Assembly: GCA_963697335.1 (NCBI GenBank)
Contig: CAVONQ010000002.1
Coordinates: 128,001 to 192,000, forward strand
Direction of reading: 5' to 3'
Source of the DNA: an uncultured cyanobacterium
GTDB taxonomy: Bacteria; Cyanobacteriota; Cyanobacteriia; PCC-6307; Cyanobiaceae
DNA length: 64,000 nt
Shown in pieces: positions 43,214-52,725 of the stretch (position 1 is the first letter of the stretch; each line of letters starts with the position of its first letter). The notes under the pieces were generated by a model that ran no database searches, was not told the origin of the DNA, and saw only the letters and a list, made by a program, of their open reading frames with translations. Both the position numbers and the translations under genes were made by a program.

Positions 43214-43402
43214 GGCCCATCGGTCAGGGCCGCGGCAACGATGGAACGCGATCAACGCGTACCGCCGTCAAATGTGCCCGATGTTCATGTAGCCGAAAGC
43301 AGGCGAATAGCCTCAGCCGGTGCAGCTCGTGCGGGCGCCCATTAGGCCGAGCTCAGATCACTGAGCAGTCGAACTTCCATGCTGTTGACCAGCATGAATC
43401 AA

Positions 43403-43475
43403 TACCCCCAAGGGGATTCGAACCCCTGTCGCCTCCGTGAAAGGGAGGTGTCCTAGGCCTCTAGACGATGGGGGC
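43403..43475 (-). tRNA. tRNA-Glu (TTC), no encoded CCA
   Basis: GCCCCCATCGTCTAGAGGCCTAGGACACCTCCCTTTCACGGAGGCGACAGGGGTTCGAATCCCCTTGGGGGTA. Confidence 0.97.
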
Positions 43476-43536
43476 GAGGCCACAGCAGAAACAACGGCAG
43501 AATTGGTTTCGGAACCGCAGTGCTGATGGGAGGAAG

Positions 43537-44706
43537 CTACGGGCCAGGGTGACCCTTCGTCAAGGCAGGTTGGTCCTGCCCGCTCCAGACCGGCACGGTC
43601 ACGTGGAAGCAGGCCCCCTCCCCCGGCTCCGACACCACCCAGATGCGGCCGCCATGGACCTCGGCGATGCGGCGGCACACCGAGAGGCCCACGCCATAGC
43701 CGGAGGTGGTGTCGGCGGTCTGGGGCAGCCGCACCCGATCGAGAAAGATCTGCTTCTGCTGGGCAGCGGGGATCCCCGGGCCACTGTCTCCCACGCTCAC
43801 CTCCAGCCACTGCTCGGTGCGGTGCAGCAGGGTGAGCCTCACCTCGCCCCCCGAGGGGGTGAACTTGAAGGCGTTTTCCAGCAGGTTGAGCAGAACCTGG
43901 TGCAGTCGCCGCTCGTCGCCGTAGACGTCCGGCAGGTCGGCGGGGATGTCGGTGATCAGCCGCAGCGCCTTGCCCACCCAGAGCTTCTCCAGTTCGAGGA
44001 TGGCCTCGGCGGCGAGCTTGCCCAGGCTCAGGCGCTTGGGGTTGAACAGGGCCTCCCAGCGGGTGGTGCCCACCTCGAGCAGGTCCTTGGAGAGGGCCTC
44101 GATGTCGTCGAGCCGGCGGCGCACCACCTCCTGGTAGCGACGCTCGTCGATCTGGCCGAGCTGGTGGCTCTGCAGGGCCAGCTTGGCGGCGGTGAGCGGG
44201 GTGCGGAGCTCATGGGCCACCATCCGCAGCAGCCGTTCCTGGATGCCCAGGCGCTCGATCAGGGTTTCGTTTTCCTGGCGCATCACCAGCAGCTGGTCCT
44301 CCAGCTGCAGCTCCCGCCGCGACTGGCTGGCCTCGAGATCGAGGCTGCCGCGGTTGATGCCCAGGTCGTTGACCACGGCCAGCTGCTGCCAGCGCGGCAG
44401 CCAGCTCTGCAGCCGGGGGCTGATCGGATTGCCGGCAAACACCTGGCGCGGCGCGGGGGAGAGTTTCACCAGGGCCGGGGTGGCGAGCAGCCGATGCAGC
44501 TCCAGCAGTTGCGGTTGCCGGCGCGGATCGGCGATCTCCAGCTTCACCTCGAAGCCCAGATCGTCGCGTTTGAGCACCTGCAGCAGGGCCCGCAGATCGG
44601 CACTGGCCAGCTGCTGGCCGGTCGCCACGAGCAGCAGGTTCAGCACCTGGGGGCCGACCTGGGTCGTGCTCGCGCCCGTGGCCGTGCTCGTGGAGTCCTC
44701 GTTCAC
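43537..44706 (-). CDS. sasA: Circadian output histidine kinase SasA
   Basis: KaiB-like N-domain ([21 protein letters not shown]), [28 protein letters not shown]; start uncertain. Confidence 0.9.
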   Translation of the reverse strand: MNEDSTSTATGASTTQVGPQVLNLLLVATGQQLASADLRALLQVLKRDDLGFEVKLEIADPRRQPQLLELHRLLATPALVKLSPAPRQVFAGNPISPRLQSWLPRWQQLAVVNDLGINRGSLDLEASQSRRELQLEDQLLVMRQENETLIERLGIQERLLRMVAHELRTPLTAAKLALQSHQLGQIDERRYQEVVRRRLDDIEALSKDLLEVGTTRWEALFNPKRLSLGKLAAEAILELEKLWVGKALRLITDIPADLPDVYGDERRLHQVLLNLLENAFKFTPSGGEVRLTLLHRTEQWLEVSVGDSGPGIPAAQQKQIFLDRVRLPQTADTTSGYGVGLSVCRRIAEVHGGRIWVVSEPGEGACFHVTVPVWSGQDQPALTKGHPGP

Positions 44707-44863
44707 AGGTCCCACGTTATGGCGTTTGGGCGGCGGCGTCTCAGCGTGGCTAAGACAAGGGCAAGGTCTGCCGCGCGTTGGCACCTCCTGGGTCCAAGGC
44801 CCGTTCCCAGGACGCCACACAAGTCACCCTTGCTGTAAAGCCTCTTCCGGAGGCATCGCCCCC

Positions 44864-45391
44864 ATGTCGAGCACCCCCCCGCCACGCATCCAGCTGGACA
44901 GCAACCTGAAGCGCTGGTTTGCCCGCAATCTGGGCCTCTGGAAGTCGCGCCGGGCGTATTTCTTCTCGGATGGTGAAACCTTGCAGGTGGAGATGATGCT
45001 GCGGGTGCAGGCCTTTGACTCGCCCCTGGATGGGGATGCGGCCTACCGCTTCACCTGGTGGCCGGAGAAGGAATTCGATTTCTTTGAGCGCAAGCCCCAG
45101 TACCCCCGCACCGGCACCATGGAGGCCGTGCTCTGCGGTCACCAGTTGCAGCGCAACAGCGGTTATCTGGAGGAGAGTTCAGCCGCCAGCCAGATCCGGC
45201 AGGTGGATGAGCACGAGCTGATCTTCACCTCGCACTACGGCGACTGGACCATCCTCGAGCACATTCGCCTGGTGGACCAGGACCGCTACCGCTCGCGCTT
45301 CATCTACTCCTGGCGCCATGGTGCCCTGGAGATTGCTGAAAGCCACCACGAGCTGCACCTGGAACCGGCCGGGGAGCTGCTGCAGAGCTGA
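44864..45391 (+). CDS. Hypothetical protein, possibly CpcS/CpeS lyase-like beta-barrel
   Basis: WFARNLGLWKSRRAYFF, LQRNSGYLE, EHIRLVDQDRYRSR resemble S-type lyase patterns. Confidence 0.5.
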   Translation: MSSTPPPRIQLDSNLKRWFARNLGLWKSRRAYFFSDGETLQVEMMLRVQAFDSPLDGDAAYRFTWWPEKEFDFFERKPQYPRTGTMEAVLCGHQLQRNSGYLEESSAASQIRQVDEHELIFTSHYGDWTILEHIRLVDQDRYRSRFIYSWRHGALEIAESHHELHLEPAGELLQS

Positions 45392-45423
45392 GGCCCCCTG
45401 GCTGCAGCGGTGATGCAGCATGG

Positions 45424-45897
45424 GTGGATTCTCAGCGCGTGGTGCTTGTGGGTTGCCGATCGGGCCGCGCTGGGCTGCTGGTGCTGCCGCTGTTGGCGGT
45501 ACTGGCCTCGCCCCGCCCCCTCCAGGCCGCCGCGGCCACGGAGGCCGAGATGGACCTCTACACGCGCATCGCTTCCCTCAACGTGTGCCTCGCCCTGGTG
45601 GCCGAGGTGCCGTTCGACAAGGCGGTGGCGGTGGCCGGCGAGACCATCGCCAGGGTGATCCGCGGCGAGCACGACAGCGCCATTGAACAGCTGGGCGGCC
45701 AGCCGCTCAGCCTCGAGGAGCTGCGCAAGGGCTCGATCAACTCGGCGGTGCTGGGGGCGGTGGAGATCTGCCCGGGCCAGGTGCCCGACACGGTGCGCCG
45801 TGATGTGGAGGCGGCAGTGCAGCGGGTCACCGGATCCGAGGCGATTCCGCCCCCGCCCCAGCCGGCCACCCTCCCCCCCGGCGACGCCGCCAACTGA
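45424..45897 (+). CDS. Secreted conserved hypothetical protein
   Basis: Signal-like hydrophobic segment; two Cys (LNVC, EICP). Confidence 0.65.
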   Translation: MDSQRVVLVGCRSGRAGLLVLPLLAVLASPRPLQAAAATEAEMDLYTRIASLNVCLALVAEVPFDKAVAVAGETIARVIRGEHDSAIEQLGGQPLSLEELRKGSINSAVLGAVEICPGQVPDTVRRDVEAAVQRVTGSEAIPPPPQPATLPPGDAAN

Positions 45898-45914
45898 TCC
45901 CCAGCTCCTCCCCC

Positions 45915-48611
45915 ATGGCCACGGTGCACCGCTGCGACTACCGCCCCGCCCCCTGCCTGCTCGATCGCACCGACCTGACGGTGCGGCTGTTCGACGACCA
46001 CACCGAGGTGGAGGCCCGCCTGGCCCTGCGGCCCAACCCCGCCGCGGAGCCGGGGCCGCTGGAGCTGCGCGGCCTGAACCTGGAGCTGCTGGAGCTCCAC
46101 CTCGATGCCGAACCGCTGGAGGCCTCGGCCTATGGACTCCTTGACGACGGCCTGGTGCTGCGGCAGCCGCCCCAGCGCCCCTTTGTGCTGCGCAGCCTGG
46201 TGCGGATCCATCCCGAGCAGAACACCACCCTGGAGGGGCTCTATGTGAGCAGTGGCCTGTTCACGACGCAGTGTGAGGCCGAGGGGTTCCGCCGCATCAC
46301 TTATCACCCCGACCGCCCCGATCTGCTCAGCCGCTTTCAGGTGCGGATCGAGGCCGATCGCCAGGCCTGCCCGGTGCTGCTCTCCAACGGCAACTGCGTG
46401 GAGAGTGGCCCCCTGCCGGGCGACCCTGGGCGCCACTACGCCATCTGGGACGACCCCTTCCCCAAGCCCTCCTACCTGTTTGCCCTGGTGGCGGGCCAGC
46501 TGGAGGAGGTGCGCGACAGCTTCACCACCGCCAGTGGCCGCACGGTGCAGCTGCGGCTGCACGTGGAGGCGGGCGACGGCCCCTTCACGGCCCACGCCAT
46601 GGCCTCCCTGAAGCGGGCGATGGCCTGGGATGAGCAGCGCTATGGGCTGGAGTACGACCTCGATGAGTTCAACATCGTGGCGGTGCGTCACTTCAACATG
46701 GGCGCCATGGAGAACAAGAGCCTGAACATCTTCAACTCCAAGCTGGTGCTGGCAGACCAGGAAACGGCCACAGATGCTGAGCTCGAGCGAATCGAAAGCG
46801 TGGTGGCCCATGAATACTTCCACAACTGGACGGGCAATCGCATCACCTGCCGCGACTGGTTCCAGCTCTCCCTGAAGGAGGGCCTCACGGTGTTCCGGGA
46901 TCAGAGTTTCAGCGCTGATCTTCACGGCGCGGCCCTCAATCGCATCGAAAACGTCTCGATGCTGCGCAACACCCAGTTTCGAGAAGATGCTGGCCCCACG
47001 GCCCATCCCGTGCAGCCGGATGCCTACCAGGCCATCGATAACTTTTACACCACCACCATCTATGAAAAGGGCGCGGAGGTGATCCGCGCCCTCCACACCC
47101 TGCTGGGTGAGGAGACCTTCATGCAGGGCATGGCGCTCTACGTGCGCCGCCACGACGGCTCCGCCGCCACCTGCGACGATTTCGTGCAGGCCATGCAGGA
47201 CGCCGCCGAGGCCGCCTGGGCCGCCGGAACCCCGGCGGTGGCCCGCTTCGATGTCGATCAGTTCCGGCGTTGGTATCACCAGGCCGGCACGCCGGTGCTG
47301 CAGATCCACCGCCACTGGGACGGCGAGCGGGGCGAGCTGGAGCTGGTGATCCAGCAGCGCACCCCCCCGACGCCTGGCCAGCCTGACAAGCAGCCCCTGG
47401 TGATTCCCCTGGCCCTCGGTCTGATCGATCAGGCCGGAGCACCCCTGCCCGTGCGGCTGGAGGGCGAGGACGAGGCCACGGCGGCTGCCGCCCAGCGACC
47501 CCTCTCCTGGGGGCAGGGCACCCGGCTGCTGGTGATTGAGGCCGAGCGGCAGCGGCTGCGCCTGGTGGGCCTGCCGCGCCAGGCCCATCCCCCCGCCCTG
47601 TCGCTGCTGCGGCAGTTCTCGGCGCCGCTGAAGCTGGAGATGGGCCGCCCCAGCAGCGAGCTCGTGCATCTCCTTGCCCATGACAGCGAGGCCTTCGCCC
47701 GCTGGGATGCCGGCCAGGGGCTGCTGCGCCAGGCGGTGCTCGCCCGCGCCGCCGGCCACCCCGACGGGGGGCTGGAGGATGCCCTGATCACGGCCTTTGG
47801 CCGGATCCTGCACGACCCCCGGCTCTCGGAGGCCAGCCGCGCCACGCTGCTGGCCCTGCCAGGGCTGGCGGAGCTTGAGGATGGCCCTGGCGTGCCCGAT
47901 CCGCCGGCCCTGTTCGATGCCCTGGAGGCGCTGCGGGGCCTGTTCGGGGCAGCCCTGGCGGAGCCCCTGCAGGCGGCCCTGGAGCGCTGCACCCCGGAGT
48001 GGGGCCTGGCCTGGCCCAAGGGCAATGGCGCCCGGATGCTCACCGGCACGATCTGGAGCTGGCGCGCCGCGGCAGGGGATCCGGTGGTGATCGCGGCGGC
48101 CAGGGCGGCGGTGGATGGTCCGTCGATGACCCTGGCGCGGGCTGGCCTGCGGGCCCTGCAGGCCCGGGAGATCCCGGAGCGTCAGGCGGCGGTGGAGGCC
48201 TTTTACGGCCGCTGGCAGGCCAGGCCCGTGATCCTGGATGCCTGGTTTGCCCTGGAGGCCTCGGCCCCGTTTGCCGATGGTCTGGAGCGGGTGCAACGGC
48301 TGCTGCAGCACCCCCGCTTCGACCCTGCGGCCCCCAACTCGGTGCGCGCCGTGCTGGGGGGCCTGGCCGGCAATCCGCCGGTGTTCCATGCCGCCGATGG
48401 CAGCGGCTACCGCTTCATGGCCAGCCAGATCGAGGCCCTCGACCAGCGCAACCCGATCACCGCCTCGCGCCTGGCCAAGGTGTTCAGCCGCTGGCAGAGC
48501 TACGGCCCCAGCCGCGGCGGCCAGATGCGCCTGGCCCTTGAGACCCTGGCGGCAGCAGAGCTGTCCACCAACAGCCGCGAAGTGGTGCAGCAGTGCCTGG
48601 GGGCGGTCTGA
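45915..48611 (+). CDS. pepN: Aminopeptidase N (M1)
   Basis: TQCEAEGFRRI, GAMENK, HEYFH-x18-E, YEKGAE. Confidence 0.97.
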   Translation: MATVHRCDYRPAPCLLDRTDLTVRLFDDHTEVEARLALRPNPAAEPGPLELRGLNLELLELHLDAEPLEASAYGLLDDGLVLRQPPQRPFVLRSLVRIHPEQNTTLEGLYVSSGLFTTQCEAEGFRRITYHPDRPDLLSRFQVRIEADRQACPVLLSNGNCVESGPLPGDPGRHYAIWDDPFPKPSYLFALVAGQLEEVRDSFTTASGRTVQLRLHVEAGDGPFTAHAMASLKRAMAWDEQRYGLEYDLDEFNIVAVRHFNMGAMENKSLNIFNSKLVLADQETATDAELERIESVVAHEYFHNWTGNRITCRDWFQLSLKEGLTVFRDQSFSADLHGAALNRIENVSMLRNTQFREDAGPTAHPVQPDAYQAIDNFYTTTIYEKGAEVIRALHTLLGEETFMQGMALYVRRHDGSAATCDDFVQAMQDAAEAAWAAGTPAVARFDVDQFRRWYHQAGTPVLQIHRHWDGERGELELVIQQRTPPTPGQPDKQPLVIPLALGLIDQAGAPLPVRLEGEDEATAAAAQRPLSWGQGTRLLVIEAERQRLRLVGLPRQAHPPALSLLRQFSAPLKLEMGRPSSELVHLLAHDSEAFARWDAGQGLLRQAVLARAAGHPDGGLEDALITAFGRILHDPRLSEASRATLLALPGLAELEDGPGVPDPPALFDALEALRGLFGAALAEPLQAALERCTPEWGLAWPKGNGARMLTGTIWSWRAAAGDPVVIAAARAAVDGPSMTLARAGLRALQAREIPERQAAVEAFYGRWQARPVILDAWFALEASAPFADGLERVQRLLQHPRFDPAAPNSVRAVLGGLAGNPPVFHAADGSGYRFMASQIEALDQRNPITASRLAKVFSRWQSYGPSRGGQMRLALETLAAAELSTNSREVVQQCLGAV

Positions 48612-48634
48612 GCCTGAGCCCCCTTAGGCACTGA

Positions 48635-49879
48635 TCAGCGGCCCTTGCCGTTCACCTCCTCATGCAGCTTGCGGAAGGCCGCCTTGCGGGAGGCGCCGCC
48701 CTCCGGGCCGGCGTGGACGCCCCAGAGCCCTTCCCAATAGAAATAGATCACGCCGTGGCCCCGGGCGGTGGCCAGTTTCACCTTCTCGCGCAGGGTGGCC
48801 ATGTTCGGGGTGCGGCCGCCAAACCCCGCCAGGATGCCGATCTCCACAGGCATGCCCCACTCCTTGGCCTTCACCAGGGCCGGTTGGTTGAGATCCTTGG
48901 CGAAGCCCTGCACCGAGTAGGCGTAGTTCTGCACGATCAGGTCGTCCACCAGCTCGCCCACCGACCAGAGCTCCCAGTCCTGCAGCCAGCGGTTGTAGGC
49001 GAAGCGGAACGGACCAGGCGAGAGGCTGATCACCCGCTCGGGCGGTTGCCCCCGGCGGCCGCGGCCCGAGCTGGCATCCAGCTCGTTGAGTTGCTGCCGC
49101 AGCTCGCGCAGCAGGTCGGTGAGCTGCTGGCGGCGCCACTTCATCCAGAAGCGGTCGGTGTGGTTGGCGGGGGGATCCACCCCCTTCTCGGCCCGGTAGA
49201 GCTGGCGGGTGTAGGGGTCGTAGCCGAGTTCCACCGGCCAGGCGAAGTGGTCGTCGAGCTGGATGCCATCCACGTCACAGCGTTGCACGATCTCGGTGAT
49301 CAGGCCGAGGAAGCGCTGCCGCACCCCCGGGTGGGCCGGGTTCAGCCACACCATCGTGGTGCCGTGCATGGCCACCCCCGTGCTGCCGTCGCGGCGCTGC
49401 AGCACCCATTCCGGCCGCTCCCGCACGATGGCGGCATTGGCCGGCTCCATCAGGCCGTACTCGAACCAGGGGATCACCTCCATGCCACGCCGCCGGGCGC
49501 TGCGGGTGAGCCGGCAAATCGGATCGAGATCGGGGTTCGCCTTGGCCAGGGCCGGCTCCATCGGCGCGTGGCGCGAGCGGTGGAACGTGGTGCCCCGGCT
49601 CCAGACGTTCGGGTAGAGGGTGGTGAAGCCGCTGCTGGCCAGGTCGGCCACGGCCCGATCCAGGCGTGGGCCGTCGTAGTAGAGGGTGCTGGGGCTGTTG
49701 GTGAGCCACACGCCGATGCGGCGGGTCTGGGACCCGCTGGGGCGGGCGGCGGCCCCGAATGGCAGGCCCATCACTGCTGCGAGCAGCACGTTGAGGCTCA
49801 CCGGCAGCAGGGCCTTGAGCCGGCTGCCCCGCTTCAGCGGAACATGGAGCTCACGGAGCTTTCCTCGTGGATGCGCCAA
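48635..49879 (-). CDS. GHL10/DUF187 family glycoside hydrolase (start uncertain)
   Basis: GVWLTN, YPNVW, IPWFEYG, WLNPAHP, DGIQLDDHF, LQDW. Confidence 0.88.
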   Translation of the reverse strand: MAHPRGKLRELHVPLKRGSRLKALLPVSLNVLLAAVMGLPFGAAARPSGSQTRRIGVWLTNSPSTLYYDGPRLDRAVADLASSGFTTLYPNVWSRGTTFHRSRHAPMEPALAKANPDLDPICRLTRSARRRGMEVIPWFEYGLMEPANAAIVRERPEWVLQRRDGSTGVAMHGTTMVWLNPAHPGVRQRFLGLITEIVQRCDVDGIQLDDHFAWPVELGYDPYTRQLYRAEKGVDPPANHTDRFWMKWRRQQLTDLLRELRQQLNELDASSGRGRRGQPPERVISLSPGPFRFAYNRWLQDWELWSVGELVDDLIVQNYAYSVQGFAKDLNQPALVKAKEWGMPVEIGILAGFGGRTPNMATLREKVKLATARGHGVIYFYWEGLWGVHAGPEGGASRKAAFRKLHEEVNGKGR

Positions 49880-50841
49880 ATCGCCTCGCCCAGCATGTTG
49901 GCTACGGATAGCACCCGGAGCTGGGGGAAGTGGCGCTCCTCGGCCAGGGGGATGCTGTTGGTCACCACCACCTCCTCAAACAGGCCCGGCTCGGAGAGGC
50001 GCTCCACGGCGGGGGGCGAGAAGACGGCGTGGGTGGCGCAGCAGAACACCCGGGCGGCCCCGTTGCGGCGCAGCAGCTTGGCGCCCTGGGCGATCGTGCC
50101 GCCGGTGTCGATCATGTCGTCGATCAGCACGGCGGTCTTGCCGGCCACATCGCCGATCACGGTGAGGCTCTCCGCCACGTTGTGGGCGGCGCGGCGCTTG
50201 TCAATGATCGCCAGGGGGGCATCGTCCATCTGCTTGGCGAAGGCCCGGGCCCGGGCCACCCCGCCCACGTCCGGCGACACCACCACCATCTCGTCGAGAT
50301 GGCGGGTGCGCAGATAGTCCACCAGCACCGGCGAGCCGTAGATGTGATCGCAGGGGATGTCGAAGTAGCCCTGGATCTGGGAGGAGTGCAGATCCATGGC
50401 CAGCACCCGGTCCACGCCGCTCTTGGTGAGCAGGTTGGCCACCAGCTTGGCGGTGATCGATTCGCGGCCGGCGGTCTTGCGGTCGGCGCGGGCGTAGCCG
50501 TAGTAGGGGATCACGGCGGTGACCTGCCGGGCTGAGGCCCGCTTGCAGGCATCCACCATGATCAGCAGCTCCATCAGGTGGTCGTTCACCGGGGCGCAGG
50601 TGGGCTGCACCAGGAACACGTCGCAGCCGCGGATCGACTCCTGGATCTGGATGTAGGTCTCGCCGTCGGCGAAGCGCTTGATCACCCGGGGACCGTCCGG
50701 CACGCCGAGGTAGGCGCCGATCTCCCGGGCCAGGTCGTGGTTGGAGGTGCCACTGAACAGGCGCAGCCGCCGGGTGTCGTGGGCGGGTTCGGTGGCGGTG
50801 CGCTCCTGTGCCAGCCGATCAGCGGTGAGAAAACTGGTCAC
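49834..50841 (-). CDS. prs: Ribose-phosphate pyrophosphokinase
   Basis: FADGE, PYYGYARADRK, VSPDVGG, IDDMIDTGGT. Confidence 0.97.
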   Translation of the reverse strand: MTSFLTADRLAQERTATEPAHDTRRLRLFSGTSNHDLAREIGAYLGVPDGPRVIKRFADGETYIQIQESIRGCDVFLVQPTCAPVNDHLMELLIMVDACKRASARQVTAVIPYYGYARADRKTAGRESITAKLVANLLTKSGVDRVLAMDLHSSQIQGYFDIPCDHIYGSPVLVDYLRTRHLDEMVVVSPDVGGVARARAFAKQMDDAPLAIIDKRRAAHNVAESLTVIGDVAGKTAVLIDDMIDTGGTIAQGAKLLRRNGAARVFCCATHAVFSPPAVERLSEPGLFEEVVVTNSIPLAEERHFPQLRVLSVANMLGEAIWRIHEESSVSSMFR

Positions 50842-50910
50842 GGCGGGCGCAGACGCGTCGGCTCAAGTCTGATGGTAGAAGCGAGCCGGCCCGCACGACT
50901 GCAAACAACC

Positions 50911-51567
50911 ATGACGCTTTCCGAGCCGCTCCACGCCCGGGAGAGGGGTTCCGCTCCGGGCTTGCCGCCGCTGCCGCCCCGACTGGTGCTGGTGGCTGCC
51001 GGCCCGCCCGAGTCGGTGTCCGCCCTGTTGCAGCAGGCGGCTCCGGCCCTGGCCAGGGTGCTGGGGGCGGGTCTGGGCCCGGGCCTGGCCGGGGCGGCGG
51101 GCCGGGGCGATCCCGCAGAGGAACTGGCAGCCCTGCTGGCCGGCGGGCCCCCGGTTGATCAGTTGCCATCGGAGCAGGCGCCATCCGATCGGTCGGCGCC
51201 AAGGCCCGTGCTGGTGCCGCTGCTGGTCGATCCAGGGCTCAGCCTGGAGGACGGCAGTTGCTGGGCCGAGGCCCTTGGGGCCTGGCGCCAGCCCACCGTG
51301 GTGGTGCTGGGCGCTGGGCAGCTGCGCAGCGGGCTGCCGGCGGCCATGACCGCCCTGCTGCGCCAGGCGGCGGTGCCGCTGGCCGGCCTGGTGCAGTGGG
51401 GCCTGCCCTGGGAGCCGGAGCGCCGTCGCCGGGAGGCCCTGCCCTGGCTCGGTGCCCTCGACAGCATCAGTGGGGATGGGGCCCGTGCTGTGGAGGCCGC
51501 CCATTCCCATGACCAGGGCCGCCATCTGGCCCTGGCCCTGCGGCTGGCCTGCGACCAGCTGAGGTAG
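50911..51567 (+). CDS. Hypothetical protein
   Basis: ORF with DPG..WAEALGAWRQP and PLAGLVQWG..LPWLG. Confidence 0.65.
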   Translation: MTLSEPLHARERGSAPGLPPLPPRLVLVAAGPPESVSALLQQAAPALARVLGAGLGPGLAGAAGRGDPAEELAALLAGGPPVDQLPSEQAPSDRSAPRPVLVPLLVDPGLSLEDGSCWAEALGAWRQPTVVVLGAGQLRSGLPAAMTALLRQAAVPLAGLVQWGLPWEPERRRREALPWLGALDSISGDGARAVEAAHSHDQGRHLALALRLACDQLR

Positions 51568-51571
51568 GCCT

Positions 51572-52651
51572 TCAGGTGCCGGCGGGCTTGTTCCCCCCTG
51601 GCGGGGGCCAGAGGCTGCTGGGGGCCGACTTGGCGACCTGCCGCAGCTCCGATCCCCCGGCTGCTGCCTTGTTGCCGTCCTTGGCGGAGGCCTTGGGGGG
51701 AGGGGCCAGGGGCACGGTGGCGAAGCTCACGCTCTGGTTGGGTCGCAGGGTGGCGGCCATCAGGCTGAGCACCTCGGCAGAGCTGAGGTTGGTCTCCACT
51801 TGCCCGCTGAGGCTCTGGACCAGGGCCGGAATGTCCTGGCTGCGCCCGGGGGTGCTGAGCTCCTTGAGCAGGCTGCGCATCACCGCTTCCTGATTGGCGC
51901 TGCGGCTCTCGATCGGCCGTCCCGGGTCGCGGTAGCGCACCAGGTGCTCCACCTGGGCAGCCTTGAGCCGCTGGACGCCGCTCTGAAGGTCGATCTTGAG
52001 TCCCTGGCGCTTGTCCTCGTAGGCCATGGTGCTGCCCGGATTCACCTCCAGGGCGCCGAGGCCATCCACGAGGCTGCGCAGGGCGCCGCGGCTCAGCACC
52101 AGGTAGCGGTCCGGTTCGGTGCTGGTGAGCCCCACCAGGTTGCGGGCGGCATCGGCCGTGAGCGCGACGCCGCCCTCGCGGTAGAGACTGCCGAGTGACT
52201 TGAGCCCGGTGCTGCCCGGCAGCTTCACCGCCAGGGCGGTGGGCAGGTTGAGCACCTGCAGCGGGCCGCCGGGGTTGACCCGCAGCAGCAGCAGGGCGTC
52301 GGCATTGGCGGCTCCGGCGGGAGCGGCCTTGTTGTTGGGGTCCTGCAGGCGATCGGCGTCAACCCCGATCACCAGCACGGTGACGGCGCGGCTGGGCGGC
52401 TTGGCCAGATCGGTGAGGGCGTCCGCTGACTGGGACCCGCCACTCGGGTCCGACCGGGGCCAGAGCACCCCCAGCAGGCCGAATCCTGCCCAGGCGCCCA
52501 TGGCCACCAGGGCCAGACGCAGCACCACAATCGGCCGCAGCCAGGAGGCAAGCCGCTTACCGCCCCGAGGGGAACTGCGCTGCGGGGCAGGGCCGGCGGC
52601 CGGTTGGGTCGTGGGGCTGGAGGGCATCGGGATCGCTGGGCGCCCGTTCAT
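51572..52651 (-). CDS. LCP (LytR-CpsA-Psr) family protein, divergent
   Basis: N-terminal TM, VLVIGVD, LVDGLGALEV, YEDKRQGLKIDL, VETNLS. Confidence 0.85.
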   Translation of the reverse strand: MNGRPAIPMPSSPTTQPAAGPAPQRSSPRGGKRLASWLRPIVVLRLALVAMGAWAGFGLLGVLWPRSDPSGGSQSADALTDLAKPPSRAVTVLVIGVDADRLQDPNNKAAPAGAANADALLLLRVNPGGPLQVLNLPTALAVKLPGSTGLKSLGSLYREGGVALTADAARNLVGLTSTEPDRYLVLSRGALRSLVDGLGALEVNPGSTMAYEDKRQGLKIDLQSGVQRLKAAQVEHLVRYRDPGRPIESRSANQEAVMRSLLKELSTPGRSQDIPALVQSLSGQVETNLSSAEVLSLMAATLRPNQSVSFATVPLAPPPKASAKDGNKAAAGGSELRQVAKSAPSSLWPPPGGNKPAGT

Positions 52652-52725
52652 CAGTGGTGCACCACTTTGACTCACCCCCTGCAGGTCTCCACCCGATAGG
52701 TTGAGCGTCAGCGAGAGGCCCTGCC

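Noticed and set aside
43403..43475. tRNA-anchored prophage or genomic island
   Set aside because: No integrase and no duplicated tRNA 3' end seen in the window
45558..48389. 943-aa minus-strand ORF and many similar long overlapping ORFs
   Set aside because: High-GC antisense shadows of recognisable genes (here pepN) with no motifs of their own
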